From Epithemia pelagica (lineage: Eukaryota > Protista > Bacillariophyta): DNA of 64,000 nucleotides. The notes under the pieces were generated by a model, which did not search any database, was not told the DNA's origin, and was given only the letters and a program-made list of their open reading frames with translations. The stretch covers positions 310,001-374,000 of the forward strand of contig OX337241.1 of assembly GCA_946965045.2 (NCBI GenBank), given 5' to 3'. Shown here one piece after another: positions 23,833 to 35,079 of this stretch (its first letter is position 1; every line of letters starts with the position of its first letter). Made by a program: the position numbers and the translations under genes.

Positions 23833-25686
23833 TTACTTGCGGCCACGCCGCCGACGACGACGCCCGGCAGTCGTATTTTCTCTGGCGGGGTCGAGTTCGG
23901 GATACTGCTGTTTGAGCCATTGCACGTAGAGTGGATCTTTTTTCTGAACCTTTTGGATTTGCGTTTGCATTTGGTCTGCGGTCAAGGACCAATTAGTGTG
24001 TTGAATCTTGCGTTGCAAGGCCGCCGAAATTTGGACGAGTCCCGTCCCGTGCAGCAAGGATTGAATCCGCGTGACATTGTGGTGGTGCATCTGGACAAAT
24101 CCCTGGATCCATCCTCGGACGGCATCATCCACGGTATCTCCCAATTGGGACCGATACAAGTAGACTTGTCGACTGCGAATTCCACCGACGCGGGTATCGA
24201 CGCGACTCGTATAGACCTCCCAACTTCCTATATAATGACGAATGCGAATGGGAACATACGAGGCCTCGTTCCAGGGACAGGTCTTCAATACGCGATGTAC
24301 TCGACCCGAAAAGGGCAGCACGGTAGAAGTGGATGATTGATTTGTCATTGTGGAATTCGTAGTCACGTGGTCATGTTGGGGAGGTATGAAAATCATGGAT
24401 TTGGGGAGTCCATTGACGGCGCCATAGTCATGAGAGGCTCGATGCAACCAAGAGAGGGTTTCAAAGTGACTGGCATTCAAGTAGGATGGAACGTCTTGTT
24501 GGATCCGTTGTGGTTCCTCGGAAATGGCACTAAACAAGGTGCGTTCCATGACGACGCAATTCGAGTCCACCACCTTTTGTCGATATTCCAACTGTTTCTG
24601 GTTCTTGTGGTTGTTGGACAAAGATGACGACGACGACGACTGGAGGAGCTCGTTCAAAAAGTGTTGAATACTGCCAGGTTGGGATGCCATGCGTTCCACG
24701 GCATTGGGTACGACGGTGGGATCCAAATACATGTATTCGTCCACATCGTGAAAGGTAATCCACAGTCCCTCCTGGTCGTGTTCGGTCGAGTGTTGTTTCT
24801 GTTGTTGTTGTCGTTGTTGTTGTTGCTGTCGCATGAGATGCGTAGTACATTGGGGATAAAACAAATTTTGGGCCAATAGGTGACGATGGATGCTGGAGTG
24901 GAACGACGACGATCGGCCGGCGGCTTTTTTCGTATATCCCACCAAATCGGTAAAGTTCCAAAGGACAATCTCGACGTAGGGTCGCCATCGATGGACAATG
25001 TCCAGAGGAGACGTGTCCGAGAGTGGATCCACCAACAAGACGACGTGTCGCAAGGGCAACATGTAGGAATGGTACGCGAGCCATTCCGGCAAACGATGAT
25101 TTTCGTCCATGACCATGAGACAGGCCGCAACAACAGAAGAGAATGACGACCTGTTGGACATTTGTTGGTCGTCATGTGTTTGGTTTTGCTGCTGTGACGT
25201 TTGGTCCACCACGAACTCAAAGGGCCGTGGTTGTGTATCGTTCTGGAGAATGACGGTATGGTTCTTGTCGTGTTTCGAGGAGTGTCCTTTTGGTGTCTGG
25301 TCCACCATGATTCGTCCTCGAGTGGTTGGGAAGGTTCCATTAGTACTGCTACTAGTAGGAGTAGTGGTTGCAGTGGCGTCGTCTTTATTGTGGGCCGAGG
25401 TGGTCCTTCCTCGATCCAATGCTCCCAACTGGAGCAGCAGCACTCGACCAATCACGTCCTCCTCCTCCCCAAGACTAGTACTATCGGTCATCATGTTCCA
25501 CAACATGCGACCATTCCAGGAAACCAAGCAGCCAATCATCATCCCGAGTAGCCCCACGAGAATGGGAAATCGAGACAAGTTCCTTCTTCTTGTTGTTGTG
25601 GTTGTGGTGGTGCTCCGAGGGTGACCAACAGGATGGGCGACCGTCGCGGCGGCAGCATGTTGTTGTTGCTGTTGTTGTTGGTCCAT
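23833..25686 (-). CDS. Type II membrane glycosyltransferase (GT92/GT2-like), copy A
   Basis: N-terminal TM segment, low-complexity stem, AACLMVMDENHRLPEWLAYH, WITFHDVDEY (DXD), IRIRHYIGSWE. ATG 25686 aligns with the start of copy B. Confidence 0.8.
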   Translation of the reverse strand: MDQQQQQQQHAAAATVAHPVGHPRSTTTTTTTRRRNLSRFPILVGLLGMMIGCLVSWNGRMLWNMMTDSTSLGEEEDVIGRVLLLQLGALDRGRTTSAHNKDDATATTTPTSSSTNGTFPTTRGRIMVDQTPKGHSSKHDKNHTVILQNDTQPRPFEFVVDQTSQQQNQTHDDQQMSNRSSFSSVVAACLMVMDENHRLPEWLAYHSYMLPLRHVVLLVDPLSDTSPLDIVHRWRPYVEIVLWNFTDLVGYTKKAAGRSSSFHSSIHRHLLAQNLFYPQCTTHLMRQQQQQRQQQQKQHSTEHDQEGLWITFHDVDEYMYLDPTVVPNAVERMASQPGSIQHFLNELLQSSSSSSLSNNHKNQKQLEYRQKVVDSNCVVMERTLFSAISEEPQRIQQDVPSYLNASHFETLSWLHRASHDYGAVNGLPKSMIFIPPQHDHVTTNSTMTNQSSTSTVLPFSGRVHRVLKTCPWNEASYVPIRIRHYIGSWEVYTSRVDTRVGGIRSRQVYLYRSQLGDTVDDAVRGWIQGFVQMHHHNVTRIQSLLHGTGLVQISAALQRKIQHTNWSLTADQMQTQIQKVQKKDPLYVQWLKQQYPELDPARENTTAGRRRRRRGRK

Positions 25687-27304
25687 GATACGGCTGCTAC
25701 TGCTACTGCAGTGTTTGTTGGCGACACAACAGGTGTGTGTATGTTTCTGGAACTGCGAAAACAATGTCACGTTTCACGTTCTTCTTGGACGTTTGCTATT
25801 ATATAATACACAAGAAAAGGATTGTCGCCGAGGTCTTTCGAATAGAGGTGTTTTGTTGCAGTAATAGTATTTGATGACAACCTCAATACTAGGTCTAGAA
25901 CCGACAGGGACCTGACTCTCTCGAATGGGCATAAAGTGATTTGCAATCCACGAGAGGAGAGGTTCTCCATTCTCCACCCAACGGACCATTTTTTCCCAAC
26001 GCAAAGCGACACTCGCCTCCCTCTCCTCTTTGTCCCGATCATTAGTATTGCCCTCATGAGCCGACCGTCGGTCGCGCCGGGGGAGCATCTCTCGCTCTCT
26101 ATATTCCCACACAAAACAACAACAACAACACTCGTTGCAACTCCGTTCTCTGTTCCAGATGGGCGTTTTGCCGCATAGTTTGTCGAGGCGAGAACTCTGG
26201 TGATGTGGCCGTTTTCGATCTCGGCGGCGGTGAGTCTTGTTGTTGTTGTTGTTGTGATTGTTGCTTGGATTGGTTTTGGGGGTGTCGCAGAGCACAACCA
26301 CAACTACTACAACAACAAAAAGCCATCACTGTGGTAGAAGAAACACGCTCGCCCCTCTCTCTGAGAATACGAATAGAAACACACGCGTCCACGCTTCGTT
26401 CGAAGATTTGCTCCAACACACACACACACATTGTGAATCGTAGGTGTCATTCGTACGCATGGGAACCCTGCTCCTACTACTTATGCAAGGATTGAATCGT
26501 AACGACAGGCAAACACAAGAAAATTGGTTGTGGTGGCTGTTGCATGGGAGACAGCTCTGGTGCGACCTTGTCTTTCTTGTTGTCCTTGTGTTTCATTGGA
26601 ATAAAACACGGCATGTTGCAATTCTCACTCGTCGTGTTGTTGTTTTTGTTTTTGTTGTGGTTCGTGGCATTCACTGGATGGGCCTCCTCCTTCGACGATG
26701 AGGATTCTCCTCCCGGCCATACTGTTTCCGTTGTGCTCGTACTACTAATAGGTAGTAGTATGGAGAGGCCAAATCCATTCTCTTGCTCCAAGAAAATGGC
26801 CGTGTCCATGATGTCCCAAAAGGCTGGCGCGCGGACGGATTTGGACCGCCACTTGGATGACACGTGGTATACCATGGCGATACCCGCACAACAACGAGCC
26901 ACACCACCACACCAAAGAAGGATGGCGCAAGACTGATCTCTTTGACGTCGTCTCAATGTGTGGAATCCGAGTCGTTCCTACAACCACACGAGGAGAAACA
27001 AAGAGGGCATCCGGGTATTATTCTTTTGCTGGGTCTATATCGGTTTTGGGGGTGGCGATGTGATCGAGGCACGCAAACCATGAGCGACCGAAGTAGGTAG
27101 GCGAATTCGTCGCGGCTTTTGCGACCACACCATGTTGAATTTTGCTCGTCGCCTTTTCGTCGAGCAGAAAGAGAGAGTTGGTTGTCTCAGTTGTACAACT
27201 ACTACTATTCAATAACAGACCAACCCACATCCCTCAGAGTCCTTTGCAACGGAGGAACATAGACAACAAAAGAAGGCAACGAACCACTGTAGTTCGAGCC
27301 GACC

Positions 27305-29149
27305 ATGGAGCCACAGCAACAACAACAGGCCGCCGCCACGGTCGCCCATCCTGTTGGTCACCCTCGGACCACCATCGCCACAACAACCAAAAGAAGAAGA
27401 AGAAGAACAAGAATACACGACGACAGGAGGGTTCCCAGTCTACGAGTTGTCGGGTTTTTCGGCATGATTGGATGGTTGGTTTCCTGGAATGGTCGCCTGT
27501 TGTGGAACATGATGATCCTGACTGGTACGAATAGTACGGAGAAGGAGGAGAACGTGATACTGGGTGGATTGCTGCAGTTGCAGTTGGGAGCGTTGGATCC
27601 AGGAATCATGACCAACAACAACAACCCTGCAACCACTTCTAGTGCTAGTAGCAGTACTAATAGAACCAATCAAACCATTCGGGGAGGAAGAATCATGGTG
27701 GACCATGCACAAGAAGAAGGACAATCCTCGAAACACAACAACAACAACCATACCACCATCCTCCCGAACGATACAGAACAACGGCCCCTTGAGTTCGTGG
27801 TGGACCAAACGTCACAACAGCAAAGCCAAACACACGACGACCAAAATATATCCAACATGTCATCGTCCTCCTCCTCTGTTGTTGCGGCCTGTCTCATTGT
27901 CATGGACGAAAATCATCGCTTACCAGAATGGCTCGCGTACCATTCCTACATGTTGCCCTTGCGTCACGTCGTCTTGTTGGTCGATCCACAGTCCGACACG
28001 TCTCCCCTGGACATTGTCCATCGATGGCAACCACACGTCGAGATAGATGTTTGGAACTTTACCGACTTGGTCGGATATACCGAACAAGCCGGTGCCTATC
28101 ATCTCATTTTGGCCCAACGCTTGTTTTATCCCCAATGTACCACGCATCTCCTGCGACAGCAACAACGACAAGAACCACACGAACCGACTGGACTGTGGAT
28201 CACCTTTCACGATGTGGACGAATACATTTCGTTGGATCCCGCTGTAGTACCCAATGCCGTGGAACGCATGGCATCCCAACCTGGCAGTATTCAACACTTT
28301 TTGAACGAGCTCCTCCATTCCTCGTCGTCGTCGTCGTCGTCGTCCAACCACCACAATCCAAACAAGAAGAACCAGAAACAGTTGCAACAGTACCAGCGGT
28401 ATCGACAAAAGGTGGTGGACTCGAATTGCGTCGTCATGGAACGCACCTTGTTTAGTACCATTTCGGAGGAACCACAACGGATCCAACAAGACGTTCCATC
28501 CTACTTGAATGCCAGTCACTTTGAAACCCTCTCTTGGTTGCATCGAACCTCTCATGACTATGTTGCCGTCAATGGACTTCCGAAATCCATGATTTTCATA
28601 CCTCCCCCACACCACCACGTACCGGCGAATTCCACAATGACCAATCAATCATCCGCTGCTGCCGCGCTGCCCTTTTCGGGTCAAGTACATCGCGTATTGC
28701 AGACCTGTCCCTGGAACGAGGCCTCATATGTTCCCATTCGCATTCGTCATTATATAGGAAGTTGGGAGGTGTATACGAGTCGCATCGATACTCGCGTCGG
28801 TGGCATTCGCAATCGACAAGTGTACTTGTATCGGTCCCAATTGGGACGCAACGATACCGTGGATGATGCCGTCCGAGGATGGATCCAGGGATTTGTCCAG
28901 ATGCACGGCCACAATGTCACGCGCATTCAATCCTTGCTGCACGGGACGGGACAGGTTCAAGTCTCGCCGGCCTTGCAACGCAAAATTAATGAAACCAAGT
29001 GGTCCTTGACGTCCCACCAAATTCAAGCCACAATCCGCAAGAGTCAGAAAAAGGATCCACTCTACGCGCAATGGCTCCAACAACAGTATCCAAAGCTTGA
29101 CCCCGGAACCAAGAATGCAGGGCATGGTCGGCGGCGTGGTCGCAAGTAA
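27305..29149 (+). CDS. Type II membrane glycosyltransferase (GT92/GT2-like), copy B
   Basis: Close paralogue of 23833-25686 in inverted orientation with the same motifs; 614 aa. Confidence 0.8.
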   Translation: MEPQQQQQAAATVAHPVGHPRTTIATTTKRRRRRTRIHDDRRVPSLRVVGFFGMIGWLVSWNGRLLWNMMILTGTNSTEKEENVILGGLLQLQLGALDPGIMTNNNNPATTSSASSSTNRTNQTIRGGRIMVDHAQEEGQSSKHNNNNHTTILPNDTEQRPLEFVVDQTSQQQSQTHDDQNISNMSSSSSSVVAACLIVMDENHRLPEWLAYHSYMLPLRHVVLLVDPQSDTSPLDIVHRWQPHVEIDVWNFTDLVGYTEQAGAYHLILAQRLFYPQCTTHLLRQQQRQEPHEPTGLWITFHDVDEYISLDPAVVPNAVERMASQPGSIQHFLNELLHSSSSSSSSSNHHNPNKKNQKQLQQYQRYRQKVVDSNCVVMERTLFSTISEEPQRIQQDVPSYLNASHFETLSWLHRTSHDYVAVNGLPKSMIFIPPPHHHVPANSTMTNQSSAAAALPFSGQVHRVLQTCPWNEASYVPIRIRHYIGSWEVYTSRIDTRVGGIRNRQVYLYRSQLGRNDTVDDAVRGWIQGFVQMHGHNVTRIQSLLHGTGQVQVSPALQRKINETKWSLTSHQIQATIRKSQKKDPLYAQWLQQQYPKLDPGTKNAGHGRRRGRK

Positions 29150-29902
29150 AAGCTCTCTCTCTCTCTCTCTTTCTCTCTCGTTTCAAGGAGGAGGATACAT
29201 TTGTGTGTCCTGCAGGTGTTGATTGTCTCACCACTCTCTCTCTCTCTCTGTCTAATAGAGAGACCACAAGAACTCTCACTCCCTTACCACAGGATCAACC
29301 TAGGTACCAAAAGTGTAGCATTCGGGAGGATTGAAATGGTTCAAGGTTTCCGGGTGATCCATATTGTGTGGTGCTGCTTTGACGATTCGTAGAGTGGTAC
29401 TATATCACCTACTCCAATGTATAAAAAAAGTCGTGTCCCCCTCTGGAGGAGAGAGAGAGAGAGACAGTTGGATGGTTCGATCGGCCTGTGTCGCCGAGCA
29501 CCCCACCAACAACAACAAACGAAAGCCACAGTGGTCGACACAAGACGAATACTCCTTCTTTTTTGGAGAGTAATCGAAAGCACACGAGCTGGGACCCTTC
29601 CACCACCACTACACACTGTACAAATTGTACCTGTCATTGGTACGCACATGGGAACCCTCCAACTACGAATCGTTGGCGGCACGACGACAGTGGTCAAACA
29701 CAAGAATGGTACTGTTTTCTCCCAATGAGTAGTATAGAGTTGCCACACCTCTGGACGGATGATTCATGGTGAGAAACTCTCTGTTGTTGGCAGGATGAGA
29801 AACTGTTGTTGCCTCAATCTATCTACAGTTCGGTTATATGGTATATCGAATCCATTGTGTCTGTTTGGAGAAGAATGTATGAATGAATGAATCCATCGCT
29901 TT

Positions 29903-31474
29903 TTGAACTTTTATGAACAGGCCTATGCAGAACCATCGCCCCAACGTCGTCGTATTCGCCGTCGTTCCAAGCAGCAACGAACCAATCAATTCCACTCCTC
30001 ATCGTCCTCCCAACTGTCGCAACGACGAAGTATCTTGCCACGATTGTATGAAGAAGAAGAAGAAGAAGAAGAAGAACACGACGACGACGAGAGTAAGGAG
30101 GAGGAGGAGGCCAACAACAGTGGTCAAGAGGAGCCACCCGACCGGCTGTCCTCTCCTCCAGCCACTCCCCAACCACACGACGACACCCAGAACGACGATA
30201 CAGCCTCGGTATCCTCCTCTGCAACTGCTGCTTCTTCCGTCAGTAGTTCGATTCATTCCAGTCAACGGCGTCGGTTCTTTCCAACCCCTCCAGTGACGAC
30301 CACCACAACCACAACCGTAACCATGTCTCCCCGCAACAATCGGAGTACTAGTTCAAGTCCTACAGCTACAATCAACCACAACCACAACCACAAAAACGAC
30401 CAACCGCCAAACCCAGAGGCGGATCACGCACTACAACCACCACAACCACAACCAGACCAACCGACGCATCCTCCTTTGTGGTGGTCCTTGTTCCAGCAGC
30501 CGAATGACCCGAATCACAGCAAGGACATTGAAAGCAAACAACTGCATCGACCAGAGCCATCCATCCCCAACAACAAGAAGAACGAGGATGCGGCTGCTGC
30601 GGTCGTGTACACGTTGCTGCCTCTCCCGTGGCATCCTGACGACATGAATGATGATGACACGCAAGACATGCCCCGAGCATCGCCCGCCTCTACCGGATCC
30701 TCCACATTATCGTCCTCCTGGTCGACCGAATCATCCTGTCCGATCCAACGAGAAAAAGAAAGAACAGGGAGTAAAAGATCCAGAGAAAGAAGAAGAAGAA
30801 GAAAAGAAGGAAGATGGTCCACACAATGGCCATAAGGACTCCTCCTCTTGTTCCATGCCATTGGATCATTCATCATCATCTTCATCCGTAGACCAACCAT
30901 CACAGGAGGAGGAGACGTTTGTTGGGGAGAAGGAGGAACAACACCCCTTGTCGACATGTCCCCAAAACGAAGAAGAAGAAACTGCGCCCCATTGGCATCC
31001 AGTCCTCTTGGTGGAGCAACAGCAGCAGGAACGCAACCCGAAACCTAACTCGTACCGAACCATGACAAGGATGGTTCGTCTTCCAACACGGATATGGCAC
31101 TCAATGACGACAACGACGACCACAACAACAGAAAGACCCTAGAATCCTCCTCGTCATGGTCGTCCGTTTCATGTTCCTCATGGTATAATACAAATGCGAC
31201 AGAGATTCAGGATCAGCTCGAGACGGCCACACGTGCCATTGGCTCGGGCCTTGTAGCGGGAACCGTTGTCTGGATGGTCCTCACGGTCCTGCTGGTTCCG
31301 GCCGGCACCACAGCATGGCGGATGACCAGTGATTATCTAAGACTCTCCAATCGGATGTCTCTTTCTCTTGGAATTGCAAGTGTTTTGGTTTCTTGTTGTT
31401 GTGTGTGGTTGTGGATCTGGGAGGAGAAGAATGACACGGGAATCCCATTGAATAGAATGGATTTCTGTGGATGA
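29903..31474 (+). CDS. Low-complexity protein with two C-terminal hydrophobic helices; interrupted reading frame
   Basis: Protein-like sequence moves from the 29903 frame to the +1 frame near 30750 and back near 31055. No in-frame ATG at the 5' end. Confidence 0.4.
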
Positions 31475-31920
31475 TTACAGCTGTGGCACCCAAATCATAT
31501 GTTACCCATACGATATATGGTCGAATAGTACAAGATTTCAGGACCACATGGTCCTCGTAACTCTCAAGTCGACGAGCAACTATCCAACTCGTTTGTAGTC
31601 TAGTACTACCTACTCTTTACTCTCTACTCTAGCACAGTGTGCCATTCCTGGCCACTTCTTTCCCGTTGACGGGAATGGAGATTGGTGTTGCAGGAGAGAT
31701 AGAGAAAGAAATTCATTTGCGGTCCTATTATGCGACCAAAGGTCTATGTATACCATGCAACGAGTGGCTCTTGGATCCCAATGAATTGGAGAATGTTTTT
31801 ATTCATTTACTTGATTCACAATGTAAGTTCGGATTGACATTATATCCTGTTTTTTTACGAATGGGCATGATATAGTTTCCGGGCCATGGCAGAGCAACCT
31901 GTTGCACATTTCAATGACAA

Positions 31921-33111
31921 TCATGGATTGGTCTTTACTCGTTTACGATTGAATGTCGAGGTCGAGAGGGGTGAAAGAACAGCATGTTGAATATGCATTT
32001 CTTCCAGAGAATGATCGTTGGGCAGCTGCTCACAGAGTCGAGAAAAACACCATGAATGCTTGTCCATGAATGGTAATGTCGCACACGAAGGATTCACATA
32101 TCCACCAATCACGGCAATTTGATTGGCAACAGTCACCATACTGCAGCCTTCAACGGGAGCTTCGATGGATGGGAGATTCCACATGCGGTTGCTGTGCGTA
32201 TCCAAGACTTGCACCGTTGGATTGGCCTCTCCTCCCGCCACCACGATACAAGATCCCACGGCAACCGCTGCACAAGAATGTCGTGGGCGGGAAAGTACCA
32301 AACCAGAGAGAGTGGTCCAAGTGGAGGAGAGGGACATGATGATTGTAGAAGCAGTCTCCTTCTTTGTCTCATCCTTGGCACAAGGCTTTGCAAAGTCCAA
32401 ATACTCCACGGATTCAAGATACGGATAGCCATTATTGTTATGACCTCCGACGACAAAGATGCGGTGACCAACGACCACACTGGCACACCCAAATCGTGGA
32501 GCGTTAAGGCATGCTCCCACAGTGACACTGTGGTTGTTGGTATCAATAATATCCACCGAAGACAAGCTTTGCCCTTGATTCCTTCCACCCACTACGACAA
32601 GGTATCTATTATGCACCGCAACAGCACCACATCCATATTTTCCCGTCGATAACCGACAGTTCAATGTCTTCCAATGGATCTCGTTTGTGTTGCTTGATAT
32701 CGAAGATGATTGGAGCAAATCATTAGCATCAATTTGTTCGATACAATCCAAACTTGGACCTGCATCGCGTCCTCCAATCACGTAGAGGCTTCCATTACAC
32801 ACAACAGCGGCATGTCCGATTTTTTTCTTGTTCATGGGTGGCCCTTCTCGCCACTGCTGGTTGGACTCTGATAAATTCAATACAAGAACGGACTTCATGT
32901 TACCCTGGCCAAGTTGAAATCCGCCCATCACTACGACGGTTTGTCTCTTGCTGGTGTCGTTGTTCTTATCGGGATGATCAATTACGACCGAGGCAGGGTA
33001 CTCTCGCCATCCTCCCTCAAGAGGAGGCCAGTCGTTGGTATTCCATTCTGAATCTTCGTCCAAAAGGACAAGGCCCGACTGCCATGCCTGTTCTTGCAAT
33101 GTCATGCTCAT
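31921..33111 (-). CDS. Kelch-repeat protein
   Basis: Repeated GG-containing kelch blades: VVVMGG, LYVIGG, LVVVGG, IFVVGG, IVVAGG, IAVIGG, with WREGPPM and LSRPRHSCAAV. Confidence 0.92.
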   Translation of the reverse strand: MSMTLQEQAWQSGLVLLDEDSEWNTNDWPPLEGGWREYPASVVIDHPDKNNDTSKRQTVVVMGGFQLGQGNMKSVLVLNLSESNQQWREGPPMNKKKIGHAAVVCNGSLYVIGGRDAGPSLDCIEQIDANDLLQSSSISSNTNEIHWKTLNCRLSTGKYGCGAVAVHNRYLVVVGGRNQGQSLSSVDIIDTNNHSVTVGACLNAPRFGCASVVVGHRIFVVGGHNNNGYPYLESVEYLDFAKPCAKDETKKETASTIIMSLSSTWTTLSGLVLSRPRHSCAAVAVGSCIVVAGGEANPTVQVLDTHSNRMWNLPSIEAPVEGCSMVTVANQIAVIGGYVNPSCATLPFMDKHSWCFSRLCEQLPNDHSLEEMHIQHAVLSPLSTSTFNRKRVKTNP

Positions 33112-33411
33112 GGCTCCAAACGTTGCGACAGCTGAGTTTTTATGAGGATCGCGAGAGAGAGAGCTGCGATGGGTGTGAACCGATGATGTGTCTGGATGCT
33201 GGAAACGAAAGAGGACATATTATAATTCGTTCCGGAGTGTGGGGTAAACCTGATATTATCTGATACCAGAACGTATATCTATCTATATGGTTTCCATACG
33301 TATTGAAAAGATAGGTAGTCATAACAAAGGAGTACAGTCTAACGTAATTAGTGTAGCTAAACCCACCTCCACCCGGTCTTTCGACCACTACACTTAGCAC
33401 TACTAGCTAGA

Positions 33412-34351
33412 CTAATCTTCTACTTCGACTTGGAATACATCGAGGTCGTTGTTTTCGATACGAAGCTGGACCAAATTTACCACCGCCCCAAAAACCACAT
33501 TGTGCCATCCAAGGTCACCTCTGTATTTGTCTTTTAGAATGTTGTACCTTTTGAAGTAGCTGTTGACTACTTCATGTCGTGCTCTTGCATCAGCCATCAT
33601 TTTGTCCATAAAGTTGTTGTGTCCAGACGGTGTAATGAAGTATTCTCCACCATCATTGTAGCCTCCATCTGCAACCATCATTTCCCCTTCATCCACTTTG
33701 TCTATGATCCAATCTCTGCTGATATTGAGGTCTGCCCATGTCCCACAAGGGTATGGGCCATTCCACCACACAATCCACCCAGTGTTGATGCATACTCCAA
33801 TTTCATAACGCAGCCCAGGTCCCTTGAATTTGTGGGAAAACCACTTAGGGTCAAATGGAGCAGGCTCAAAAATTCTAAAGTCTGTTCCATCAACAGTAAT
33901 GAAGCAACATTGTCCTTCTTTTCTTGCATCATATCTATTTTCCCATTTTATCTAAAGAAAACAGGACAAAGATGGTGAGAATACAATGCTGACAAACTGG
34001 TACACGCCGTCCTCATGAACACTTACCAGTACTTACATAGTTAAGATGAGCCATCAGCTTTGTCACTATCTTACTCCATTTTCTAAAAGTCTTTCTTGTT
34101 GTATTTGCAATTGCCACCAGGACATCTTCTGAGGCGTAAACCTTAAGGTAAAGAAGTCCCCATAACAGGTGGAATGGCTTCCCTCCTCTTGACAGAAGGT
34201 TCTCTATTTCGTCCCACACATGCACACAAAGAGAAGGGGTTAGACTGAAATAGCCTCGAAAAGCTCTATGAAATTCATTTGTTGTTGGATTCCCATTCTT
34301 CCCCATCATAGGAAGAGCACTTTGAATGAATGTTCCTGCATTCACCTCCAT
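33412..34351 (-). CDS. Harbinger-type DDE transposase (DDE_Tnp_4-like), exons 34351-34037 and 33951-33412
   Basis: 85-bp phase-0 intron GTAAGT...TTAG gives an uninterrupted 284-aa protein with TVDGTDF, FSHKFKGPGLRYEIG, WWNGPYPCG, VADGGY and RARHEVVN; D-D-E triad intact. Confidence 0.9.
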
Positions 34352-35079
34352 CGTCAGGAATTGTGAGTTTATGCGATATTCATGTTGGTGCCCATGCCGT
34401 GCAGTGAAGCTAAGTTCCAATGCCAAAACACTATTCCTTTGCGTTCATCAAGAATTTTTGTTATAGTAGTGTTCGAATTTAATGTATGACTGTCTTTACG
34501 TGAACGCCATGGAGTAATCTAAGTACAGAAATGGTCACAGTCACTATTTCTGGGTCACTTGGGTCTGATCCGGTCAGATCTTGGATCAGACCACTGTATC
34601 AGTTTCAGTGATGAGGACCAATATTGAAACATGAATAACTTTTCGCAAGTCTCTCTAGAAACAGTATAGAAGCGACCCTCTTATTCACTGAAAAAAGAGT
34701 TAACTAGATATAACTTAAGCCTAAACATTGCTCATCAACAAGGTCGTCTGGTCTGCCAATGAAAAAGCTGCCTGGGTTGAAAAAAACGACCTGGGTCGTT
34801 TTTTTACCACCAGACCCAAAGACAACCTACGTAATTAATCCTTATATTTAACTGACCCACAGTTAACTCATTAAATAAGGAACAAGGAGGTCGGTTCAGT
34901 ATTGGCATAAGTGCCAATGTCATGGAGAAATCTTCATTTATAAGAATCAGGATCAGACCCGGTCTGATCCTGGTCAGACCAGAATACCAATTACCCAGTA
35001 TGCTTTCTTGGTCATAGTTTGGTTTCGCCAAAAAAACCACCCAGGTACTAAACTCCCCAACGTTCATTCCAAAATTGTT

